From contig CAVXWP010000017.1 in assembly GCA_963765495.1 (NCBI GenBank), forward strand, positions 64,001-128,000: DNA of 64,000 nucleotides. The letters run 5' to 3'. Below, piece by piece: positions 22,150 to 30,829 of this stretch (positions are counted from its first letter, which is position 1; every line of letters begins with the position of its first letter). Under the pieces are notes generated by a model. It was given only the letters and a program-made list of their open reading frames with translations. It was not told where the DNA came from and ran no database searches. The position numbers and the translations under genes are program-made. Origin of the DNA: Blastocatellia bacterium. Its GTDB lineage: Bacteria; Acidobacteriota; Blastocatellia; UBA7656.

Positions 22150-23835
22150 GTGAAAGCATTTGAGGCGATCAAAATAACGACCGGGCATCTCGGGCATCTC
22201 TTGCTACTTGCGCTCTGCCTGATCCTTAGCGGCGCAACAGCCTCGCAGGCCCAGGCTCAAAAATCCAGTCCGGGCGAACGGGTGTTACAACCGCCAAAGT
22301 CGGGGCTTCTGCCTGTTCACAGACCCGATCTGGAGAGTTTGGAAACAAGCGTACGCGAGCAGCTTGAAGAGATTGAAACATCGCTTGCGGCGCTTGTGAA
22401 GGATTCTTCGACGGATGAAAAAAGGCTTGGCGAAAGCTACGGTTTGCTGGGAAAGATATATCAGGCATACGCTTTGACCACGCCCGCCGAAGAGTGTTAT
22501 TTGAACGCCCATCGTCTGGCTCCGAAGGATTTCAGGTGGGCTTATCTTCTCGGAAGCGTTTGCCAGAAAGAGGGCCGGGTCGAAGAGGCCATAACGTGGT
22601 ACAGGATCGTTCGCATTTTGCGCCCCGACTATCTGGCCGCGCCGGTCAATCTGGGAAATCTCTATCTGGGGCAGCATCGTCTGGAAGAGGCTCGCGCAAA
22701 TTTCAAAGAGGCGCTCTCGATCAACGCGAAATGCCCGGCCGCCGAATACGGGCTGGGGCAGGCGGCGCTTTCAACTCGAAATTATGCCGAGGCGGTCACG
22801 CATTTTGAGCAGGCGCTCGCGCAGACCCCCGAAGCCAATCGCATCCATTACGCACTGGCTATGGCATATCGCGGGTTGGGAGATATGGAAAAGGCGCAGC
22901 GCAATCTTGAGCAACAGGGGCAGGTCGGAATCCGGGTCGCCGATCCTCTCGTTGACGACCTGCAAAAATTGATTCGCGGCGAGCGCGTTCATTTGCTTAG
23001 AGGGAGGGTGGCATTCGAGGCCCGGAGGTTTGAGGATGCCGTCGAGGAGTTTCGCAAAGCAGTGGAGGCCCAACCCGAAAGCATCCCGGCGCGCGTAAAC
23101 CTCGGGTCAGCCCTGGCTCAGTCGGGCGACATCAACGAAGCCATAAAACAATTCGAGCAGGCGATTTCTTTAGAGCCGAAAAACTCGGCGGCGCATTACA
23201 ATCTGGGCTTTCTGCTTGCAAAACTCAACCGGCACGAGCAGGCAATTTCTCATCTACACTCCACGCTCGATCTGAACCCGGAGGACGCCGATGCGCGTTA
23301 CCTGCTCGGGCAGGAGCTACTGCGGGTTGGAAACAAGGACGGGGCGCTTGCCGAGTTCGCACGGCTTACGCAATCAAACCCCGGCAATGAAGCGGCCCTG
23401 ATCGAACAGGTGAATTTGCTTATGGGGAAAAAGCGATACGCCGAGGCGCTTGAAAATCTGGAAAGAAGCCACAAACAGTTTCCGCAAAATGGTCAGACAG
23501 CGGCTATGCTCGCCTATTTGCTCGCGGCCAACCCGCAACAGGATTTGCGCGATGGGGCGCGGGCGCTCGCGCTCGCTCAGCTTATATATAAGGCAACAGG
23601 CTCGATCAATCACGGCGCGGTACTTGCGCTGGCGCTGGCCGAACTGGGTCGATGCGACGAGGCGGCCCGGTTGCAGCAACGATTGATAGAAGCCGCCGAA
23701 CCGGAAGGCAACTCAGACCTTGTTGTAAAGTTGAAAGCCGGGTTAGAGCTATACCTGAAAGGGCAGCCCTGCCGCCCCGTGGGCGAGGCAGGTTTGTCTG
23801 ATCCAGCCCCGCCGGATAAAAAAAGACAGCGGTAA
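22150..23835 (+). CDS. exported tetratricopeptide-repeat protein
   Basis: Signal peptide (..ASQAQA) then many TPR units; starts 2 nt after the CRTAC1 stop. Confidence 0.9.
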   Translation: MKAFEAIKITTGHLGHLLLLALCLILSGATASQAQAQKSSPGERVLQPPKSGLLPVHRPDLESLETSVREQLEEIETSLAALVKDSSTDEKRLGESYGLLGKIYQAYALTTPAEECYLNAHRLAPKDFRWAYLLGSVCQKEGRVEEAITWYRIVRILRPDYLAAPVNLGNLYLGQHRLEEARANFKEALSINAKCPAAEYGLGQAALSTRNYAEAVTHFEQALAQTPEANRIHYALAMAYRGLGDMEKAQRNLEQQGQVGIRVADPLVDDLQKLIRGERVHLLRGRVAFEARRFEDAVEEFRKAVEAQPESIPARVNLGSALAQSGDINEAIKQFEQAISLEPKNSAAHYNLGFLLAKLNRHEQAISHLHSTLDLNPEDADARYLLGQELLRVGNKDGALAEFARLTQSNPGNEAALIEQVNLLMGKKRYAEALENLERSHKQFPQNGQTAAMLAYLLAANPQQDLRDGARALALAQLIYKATGSINHGAVLALALAELGRCDEAARLQQRLIEAAEPEGNSDLVVKLKAGLELYLKGQPCRPVGEAGLSDPAPPDKKRQR

Positions 23836-24056
23836 CTAACTCTAAAAGTTAAAGTTGCCCTGGTCGCCCGCCAAACTCGCAAGCCATACTCTTGACAGCC
23901 CTGTATCGAGTTGAGACGATAGCCCGGTAATATCGGGCAATAATTACAGACTTGACATACCCCGTGGAAGCGGCTTGTCCGACTTCTGTGTTGCCTTCGA
24001 AACGGAGTAGATAACATTCATCGGCTCTACTCCCTAATCTAAGTTTAGGAGATGTT

Positions 24057-25547
24057 ATGAATACCCGGAGAAACAAAGTCTCGCCCCTACTATTAGTAGG
24101 ATTAATTACTTGCCTGAGCTATTCGGCTATGGCTGCGCCGTCAGACAATGACGGGCCGGTCGCCAACGGCAAGGCAGGAGCCTCAGAAATCACGTGGCAG
24201 CCAAACGTTCCTTGCTCATCAATAGTGCTGACCGTTGCGGCTCCCGAAGGAGAAACATTTCGCCAGGAATTTCCGTCAGGAACGAATCCCTCCTTCGGTA
24301 TTACCGATGAGCTTGGGCTCAGGCGGCCTGACGGTCACTATAAATTCCAGTTGCGCGTAATTCCAATCATAAGCCTGGCGACAAAGAAAGCACTTGCGAC
24401 GGCGCGGGCCGCAGGAAATGAGGAAGAGGTCATTCGCACTCTTCGCAGGAGAGGTCTGCTGCCCAAAGAGGATATAGTGCAGGCAGGGGCATTCATGATC
24501 GAAAACGGCGCATTTGTGATGGGCGGAGCCACAGAAGAAGAGAAGCTCCCCGGCTCACAGGCAGGGGGTTCTTCCGGGAATGAAAATGTCTCCGTCACGC
24601 CAAATGATCAGGTAATCGCGGACGATTTGATAGTTCAAGGGTCAGGGTGCTTTGGATTTGACTGCATAAACAACGAAAATTTCGGGGCCGATACGATCAG
24701 GCTAAAAGAGAACAACCTGCGAATTCACTTCGACGATACTTCAAATACCGGCAGTTTTCCTTTCAACGACTGGCGGATTGTGGCTAACGATCAGGACAAC
24801 GGCGGCGCAAGCTATTTAGCGTTTGAAGACTCGACGGCTGGAAGATTTCCGTTTACCGTCGAAGCGGGCGCTCCCAGTAATACTCTCTACGTAGACAACA
24901 CCGGCAGGATTGGAATAAAGACATCTACGCCGTTGCTGGACATTCACGCGGTGAACGGCAACACGCCCGCGATGCGACTTGAGCAAACCTCCGCAAGCGG
25001 CTTTCAGGCGCAGACCTGGGACATTGCCGGAAACGAAGCAAACTTCTTTATCCGAGATGCCACCAACGGCTCCAAGCTTCCATTCAAGATAAAGCCCGGC
25101 GCTCCTGATAACAGCATTTTCGTAGCCTCAAGCGGCAATGTCGGTTTGGGAACAACCTCTCCCGAAGAGCGGCTTCACGTATTCGGAAACGCGGTGATAC
25201 AGGGAAACATCGACATACGCAGCGACCAGTTTGGAGCCAGCCACGAGGTTGACCCCAAAACGGTCCTTGGCCAGTTGGATCAGGTGTCGCTCGTCTCTTC
25301 GGCTGTCGGCAACGGGGCTAGCGCAAACCATATGCAGCCGAATATCAAAGAGCTAAATACCGCCTTTGGGCTGGGCACGGGAAATCGTATTTCACTGCTC
25401 GACATAGACGGAATAAACATGGCGGCGGTCAAGGCGGTCTATAATCTTCTGAAAGAGAAGGATGCCGAGATAGCCGCTCTGCAAAAACAGCTTGCCGATT
25501 TAGAGACTCGGCTGAAGGCAGTCGAATCGCGTGTGAGCAAAAAGTAA
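24057..25547 (+). CDS. secreted tail-fibre-like protein with C-terminal S74-like chaperone domain and coiled coil
   Basis: Signal peptide (..SAMA); two internal repeats ending GRIGIKTSTP/GNVGLGTTSP; 'SD....H..P....AFGLG...DIDG..AA' S74-like region; heptad coiled-coil tail. AGGAG RBS. Confidence 0.78.
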   Translation: MNTRRNKVSPLLLVGLITCLSYSAMAAPSDNDGPVANGKAGASEITWQPNVPCSSIVLTVAAPEGETFRQEFPSGTNPSFGITDELGLRRPDGHYKFQLRVIPIISLATKKALATARAAGNEEEVIRTLRRRGLLPKEDIVQAGAFMIENGAFVMGGATEEEKLPGSQAGGSSGNENVSVTPNDQVIADDLIVQGSGCFGFDCINNENFGADTIRLKENNLRIHFDDTSNTGSFPFNDWRIVANDQDNGGASYLAFEDSTAGRFPFTVEAGAPSNTLYVDNTGRIGIKTSTPLLDIHAVNGNTPAMRLEQTSASGFQAQTWDIAGNEANFFIRDATNGSKLPFKIKPGAPDNSIFVASSGNVGLGTTSPEERLHVFGNAVIQGNIDIRSDQFGASHEVDPKTVLGQLDQVSLVSSAVGNGASANHMQPNIKELNTAFGLGTGNRISLLDIDGINMAAVKAVYNLLKEKDAEIAALQKQLADLETRLKAVESRVSKK

Positions 25548-25579
25548 CAGCAAATCGAGAGCGGGCAGGGCTGATACTC

Positions 25580-25608
25580 TTGACCTACCCCGCCCGCTCG
25601 CTTAAAAT
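25580..25608 (+). promoter_or_regulatory. putative sigma70 promoter of the 1412-aa HYR gene, inside a hairpin after 24057-25547
   Basis: TTGACC-N17-TAAAAT; overlaps the inverted repeat gagcgggc..ggg / ccc.gcccgctc. Confidence 0.55.
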
Positions 25609-26026
25609 CACAGGGTCAAAAAAGTAACGATAAACACGAGCTAGCGCCCTCTGCTGAAAGAGCCACGATGTTTAATAGGCTCTCGTCATAGCTCGGATAT
25701 AAATAGCATTGTTTAAGAAACCAATTATCCTCCCGAGAGGCACCTATTGGGGCGGGGGGCAAAAAGAAATGTCAGATTCCGTTTACTTCTCTGCTCAAGT
25801 TCCAACTATGCGGCCATATCTCCATTCGTTCGTGAGCACGGGGGAGCAATTTCCCCTCGATTAGATACTGTTTGATTAGATTCTCGAAAACGGCTTTGTT
25901 TAGATCGAGAAATTTTCGGAATTGGCCTGAATTTCAGGGTCTGTTCCCGCACGCTCACGACCGGTCCCTGAAATTTACCGGCCTCATTCGGGGCGCCTGC
26001 TTTGCGGCCCCAGGGAGATTAGACCG

Positions 26027-29000
26027 ATGAAAATATCAACTGTAGGGAGAGGGCTCATAATCGGCCTTGTCTTGATTATGGTAAGCCTGATTGGCTTATC
26101 TACGCATGCCTGGATGGGCAGCGCATCCTCAATTCCACAAGACATATCCGAAAGCAGTCTCGCCGTAATCCAGTCTCGCGATGCGCTCGACCGGGCCATA
26201 GCCTTCGAGCAGACTCATCCCGGCCCGGATTCGGTGCGCGCTACAACAGAAGCATTTCGCTCATACAAAATCGCTGTAGAAAATCGCTCTGCTGAAATCA
26301 GAACCACACAGGCGGACATCGAGAGAGATGTGAGCGGAGCGCGAGCGGCCCAGGCAAGATTAAATTCGCTTGAAAATGAGTACAACGAGCTTCAAAAATC
26401 GCTGAGTAGTTATTATGAAAAGCTGAGAGCGACTCATCCGAGTCTGGAATTTCAAATTTCGCCCGCGGTTCCGGGAACAGTATTCACTGGCGGCGCGATA
26501 ACGATAAACGCAAGCGCAAGCCCGCCCACGGCGGCCTCGCCTTATCCGTCAACGATAAATGTTTCGGGGCTTACGGGCACGATAAACAAAGTGACCGTGA
26601 CGCTCACGAATTTTAGCACCACATTTCCCGATAACATAGATATGTTGCTTGTAGGACCGACGGGAGTAAACGGAATCATCATGTCGGACGCGGGTGGAAA
26701 CAGTTGCGCCAATTGTCCCGTGACCCTGGTTCTCGACGATACGGCGGCAAGCCCGCTACCCAACAACGGTCCTCCGCTCGACGTGGGGCTTTCAAGCGGC
26801 ACGTTTCAGTCTTCAAACTGGAATTCAGGCGACGTTTTCGCATCGCCTGCGCCTGCGCCGACCAATAATACACAATCATTTGGAACGGCTCTGGCAGGGT
26901 TTAATGGAACGGACCCGAACGGCACCTGGAGCCTTTACGTAGTTCACGACGGGACAAGCATCACCGGCACAATAGACAGCTGGTCTCTCGACATAGACTC
27001 GGGCGCAGGCCCTTGCTCGATCACTTGCCCGACCAATGTAACGGTGGCAAAGAATGCGAATTTCTGCGGAGCCGTTGTGACTTATCCCGACCCGACAACG
27101 ACGGGCGCTTGCGGAGCGATAGTCTGTAGCCCGCCATCAGGATCATACTTCCCCGTGGGCACAACCACCGTAACCTGCACGGAACAGGTTACAAGCGGAG
27201 CAACCTGCTCTTTTACGGTCACGGTCATGGGAGCGTGTGGTGCGGGAGAGGGATGTAACAACGTCCCGATTACGATCAACACGGGAGGCACGCCACCGAC
27301 TGTCGCCACCCCCTATCCTTCGGATATTGGTATATCGGGGCTGACGGGACAGGTAGTCAGCAAAGTCACGGTGACGCTTGCAAACTTCAGTCACGATTTC
27401 CCCGATGACGTGGACATTTTACTTGTGGGTCCGGGTGGCCAGGAGGCTACCATCATGTCGGACGTAGGCGGCAACAATGCCATCTCAAGCAGCGCGCCTA
27501 TTACACTCACGCTCGACGACGCGGCGGCATTGTCGCTGCCTGACAGCACCACACTCTCAACCGGTACTTTCAAGCCTACGAATATCCAGCCGGGCGGAGT
27601 CGGTGACACATTCCCAAGCCCTGCGCCCACACCATCGGGAGGGTCGGCTCTTTCGGTCTTTAACGGAACCGATCCAAACGGCACGTGGAGCCTTTATGTA
27701 GTTGATGACGGGGCAGCATTCAGCGGACAACTGGCCGCAGGGTGGTGTATCACCATCACGACCACCACGCCTACGCCGTGCATGCTTACCTGCCCGACCG
27801 ATGTCACACAGGCAAAGGATGCGAATTTCTGCGGAGCCATCGTGACCTATCCCGCGCCGACCACGACCGGCACTTGCGGAACGATAGTCTGTAGCCCGCC
27901 GTCAGGATCATACTTCCCCGTAGGCACAACCACAGTCACCTGCTCGGATTCAGGGACAAGCGGGCAAACCTGCACATTCACGGTCACGGTCACAGGAACC
28001 TGTCCTGATGGTCAGATCTGTAACAACACCTCGATCACGATAAACACCGGAAGCCCGCCGACTGCCGCGACGCCTTATCCGTCCGACATCGCCGTATCGG
28101 GGCTAGCAGGCGTAGTCGGGAAAGTGACTGTAACGCTTGCAAACTTCAGTCACGATTTCCCGGATGACGTGGATATTTTACTTGTGGGTCCGGGTGGCCA
28201 GGAAGCCACCATTATGTCGGATGTCGGAGGCAACAACGCCATCTCAAGCGGCGCGCCTATCACACTCACGCTCGACGACGCGGCGGCCTCGTCGCTGCCG
28301 GATAGCACCATGCTCTCGTCAGGCACTTTCAAACCCACCAATATCCAGCCGGGCGGAGTCGGTGACACATTCCCGAGCCCTGCACCCACACCATCGGGCG
28401 CATCCGCTCTGTCGGTCTTTAATGGGACCGATCCAAACGGCACGTGGAGCCTATACGTTGTGGATGATGGCGCGGCGAGCGCCGGATTGATTTCCGGGGG
28501 CTGGTGTCTCAACATCACTCTGGTCTGCGGCATCACATGTCCCGCGGATATAACGGTAGGTAATGACACCGGTCAATGCGGGGCCGTGGTCACTTTTGCG
28601 CCTACAACGACGGGGCCATGCGGAACCATCACCTGCACGCCTCCTTCGGGGTCGTTCTTCCCCGTAGGCACAACTACGGTAACCTGCGCGAACGCAGGCG
28701 GCACGCCGAGTTGTTCTTTCACAATCACCGTAAACGATACGGAAGCGCCGGTAGTTACCTGCCCGGCTGACATCACAACCGGCAACGATACGGGTCAGTG
28801 CTCGGCTGTAGTAAACTTCATGGTGACTGCAAACGATAACTGCGACGGCGCGATCACGCCGGTCTGTACTCCACCGTCAGGCTCGACATTCCCAGTGGGC
28901 ACGACTACTGTGACCTGCACGGCGATGGATACGGCGAGCAATTCCGGCAGTTGTTCGTTTACCGTTACGGTGAATGACACCGAGTTGCCTACGATCACCT

Positions 29001-30265
29001 GTCCGAGCCCGATCACAACCAGTAACGATACGGGGCAATGCTCGGCGGTTGTGACGTTTGCCGACCCGACTGTGAGCGATAACTGCCCCGGAGTCGGAAC
29101 GCCGACGTGCAATCCGCCCTCGGGAACGGCCTTCCCCGTAGGGACAACCACCGTCACCTGCTCGGTGCAGGATGCGGCTGGCAATACGGGTAACTGCTCG
29201 TTCACCGTCACTGTAAACGAGACGGAACCGCCTACGATCACATGCCCCGCTCCGATCATGGTTAATAATGATCCAAATCAATGCGGCGCGGTGGTCAACT
29301 TCACTCCGACTGTAACCGATAACTGCCCCGGAGCGACGGCTACTTGTAAACCCGCCTCGGGCTCATTCTTCCCAATCGGCGTGACTACGGTCAGCTGTAC
29401 GCCCGTTGATGCGGCTGGCAATACGGGTACCCCGTGCAGTTTCACCGTCACGGTTGTGGATAATCAGCCGCCTGTAGTTACGTGTCCTGCTCCGATCACG
29501 GTCAATAATGCTCCTGATCAGTGCGGGGCAACGGTCAATTACGTTGTGACCGTAACCGATAACTGTCCGGGGGCGACTGTTGTCTGTGTGCCTGCATCGG
29601 GCAGTTTCTTCCCCGTAGGCACAACGACTGTCAATTGCATGGGGATGGATGCTGCGGGCAACACCGCTACATGTTCGTTCACCGTCACAGTCTTAGATGT
29701 TCAACCGCCTACGATCATCTGCCCGGACGACATCCTCATTACCACGGTCAATCCCGGTGATCCGCGAGTGGTTGTGAATTACCCGCCGCCGGTAACTGCC
29801 GATAACTGCGGAGTGGCAAGCGTTGTTTGCAATCCGCCTTCGGGAAGCGAGTTCCCGCTCGGGTCAACCACGGTCGTCTGTACGGTGACGGATACATCTG
29901 GAAATACCGCTACGTGTAGTTTCACAGTCACGGTCTTCGACGTATGTTTGCAGGACCAGACGAACGGGAACTTCATCGTATTCAACTCTCAGACAGGAGA
30001 TTATCTGTTTGTGAGATGCAGCGACGGGTTCCAGATATCCGGGAGAGGAACCATCACCAGGCCGAACGGGTGTACGATCACGCTGACACACAATCTGGGC
30101 ACCCAGTTTGTGAACGCGACCGTAAACACGTGTACGCATAAGGGATCGGCTACATACACGGTAGTAGTGAAAAACCGGTTAACTGTAAGCTCGATCAATG
30201 ATCCAGACACTACAAACAGCACGTGTAGCTGCCCGACAACGGCACCATCGGGATCAAACCTCTAA
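26027..30265 (+). CDS. large secreted protein: 3 proprotein-convertase P-like domains, 8 HYR-like repeats, shared C-terminal domain
   Basis: Signal peptide; three 'KVTVTL..FSH.FPDD.DILLVGP.G..FNGTDPNGTWSLYV' domains; eight 'TCP....C.P.SGS.FPVGTTTVTC....CSFTVTV' repeats. Confidence 0.92.
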   Translation: MKISTVGRGLIIGLVLIMVSLIGLSTHAWMGSASSIPQDISESSLAVIQSRDALDRAIAFEQTHPGPDSVRATTEAFRSYKIAVENRSAEIRTTQADIERDVSGARAAQARLNSLENEYNELQKSLSSYYEKLRATHPSLEFQISPAVPGTVFTGGAITINASASPPTAASPYPSTINVSGLTGTINKVTVTLTNFSTTFPDNIDMLLVGPTGVNGIIMSDAGGNSCANCPVTLVLDDTAASPLPNNGPPLDVGLSSGTFQSSNWNSGDVFASPAPAPTNNTQSFGTALAGFNGTDPNGTWSLYVVHDGTSITGTIDSWSLDIDSGAGPCSITCPTNVTVAKNANFCGAVVTYPDPTTTGACGAIVCSPPSGSYFPVGTTTVTCTEQVTSGATCSFTVTVMGACGAGEGCNNVPITINTGGTPPTVATPYPSDIGISGLTGQVVSKVTVTLANFSHDFPDDVDILLVGPGGQEATIMSDVGGNNAISSSAPITLTLDDAAALSLPDSTTLSTGTFKPTNIQPGGVGDTFPSPAPTPSGGSALSVFNGTDPNGTWSLYVVDDGAAFSGQLAAGWCITITTTTPTPCMLTCPTDVTQAKDANFCGAIVTYPAPTTTGTCGTIVCSPPSGSYFPVGTTTVTCSDSGTSGQTCTFTVTVTGTCPDGQICNNTSITINTGSPPTAATPYPSDIAVSGLAGVVGKVTVTLANFSHDFPDDVDILLVGPGGQEATIMSDVGGNNAISSGAPITLTLDDAAASSLPDSTMLSSGTFKPTNIQPGGVGDTFPSPAPTPSGASALSVFNGTDPNGTWSLYVVDDGAASAGLISGGWCLNITLVCGITCPADITVGNDTGQCGAVVTFAPTTTGPCGTITCTPPSGSFFPVGTTTVTCANAGGTPSCSFTITVNDTEAPVVTCPADITTGNDTGQCSAVVNFMVTANDNCDGAITPVCTPPSGSTFPVGTTTVTCTAMDTASNSGSCSFTVTVNDTELPTITCPSPITTSNDTGQCSAVVTFADPTVSDNCPGVGTPTCNPPSGTAFPVGTTTVTCSVQDAAGNTGNCSFTVTVNETEPPTITCPAPIMVNNDPNQCGAVVNFTPTVTDNCPGATATCKPASGSFFPIGVTTVSCTPVDAAGNTGTPCSFTVTVVDNQPPVVTCPAPITVNNAPDQCGATVNYVVTVTDNCPGATVVCVPASGSFFPVGTTTVNCMGMDAAGNTATCSFTVTVLDVQPPTIICPDDILITTVNPGDPRVVVNYPPPVTADNCGVASVVCNPPSGSEFPLGSTTVVCTVTDTSGNTATCSFTVTVFDVCLQDQTNGNFIVFNSQTGDYLFVRCSDGFQISGRGTITRPNGCTITLTHNLGTQFVNATVNTCTHKGSATYTVVVKNRLTVSSINDPDTTNSTCSCPTTAPSGSNL

Positions 30266-30292
30266 GCGAGATACATCCCTCTTAGCAATTTC

Positions 30293-30327
30293 AAAGGGCC
30301 GGTGGCATCAGACCACCGGCCCTTTTT
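30293..30327 (+). terminator. intrinsic terminator
   Basis: aaagggccggtgg-catcaga-ccaccggcccttttt. Confidence 0.85.
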
Positions 30328-30360
30328 ATCATTCGGGGAAGAGAGGGTTGAACTCTCGGG

Positions 30361-30467
30361 GATTTGAGATTTGAGATTCAGACAAGGTTCCGAAGGAAAC
30401 CACGAATTACACGAATATTCACGAATTTCCACCAATTGTTAGTGGTTATTTGTGCAAATTCGTGGCT
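30361..30467. repeat. cluster of (GATTTGA)n heptamers and a (CACGAAT..)n nonamer palindrome
   Basis: gatttgagatttgagattcaga; ccacgaattacacgaatattcacgaat ... atttgtgcaaattcgtgg. Confidence 0.7.
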
Positions 30468-30537
30468 AATACAAAATCTCTTCAGATAGGACGATAATGA
30501 TCACATAGCCCCATAATTTGAGTGGGAGGCCTGCTTT

Positions 30538-30639
30538 AATAGGCCGGGACGGACGCGGATGCGGCGGATTTTCGCGGATCTGACCCAATTAGGTTTAATC
30601 CGCGTGAATCCGCCTGATCCGCGTCCGTCCCGGCCTATT
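30538..30639. repeat. 102-bp palindromic element (GCGGAT family)
   Basis: AATAGGCCGG..GGACGCGGAT / ATCCGCGTCC..CCGGCCTATT termini and the same 102-bp length as 2642-2743. Confidence 0.9.
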
Positions 30640-30740
30640 TCAAGCAATCTAACCTGCATGTTGAAAATCCTTGTGATTTTACGAATTCGAGTGTCAAACC
30701 TCATCATCTGAATAGATTTCGATCCGGTTTCCATGACTAC

Positions 30741-30779
30741 AAAAACAGGGCCGACTGCTTGCAGGCAATCGGCCCTTTG
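30741..30779 (-). terminator. intrinsic terminator of 30830-34057
   Basis: agggccga..tcggccct stem with an A-run on + strand (U-tract on - strand). Confidence 0.75.
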
Positions 30780-30829
30780 ATTTTACCGCCTGATGTTTCA
30801 GGCAGGCTTTTACTCCTCTTTGCCCGCTC

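Noticed and set aside
24057-25547. Prophage remnant because of the tail-fibre-like gene
   Set aside because: The gene has a Sec signal peptide and no integrase, capsid, terminase or tail genes occur anywhere in the window.
25637-25696. Hammerhead ribozyme or c-di-GMP/SAM riboswitch in the HYR gene leader
   Set aside because: The required cores (CUGAnGA..GAAA, GCAAA..GACGCAAA, AUCnAGAG) are not present; kept only as an unassigned structured leader.
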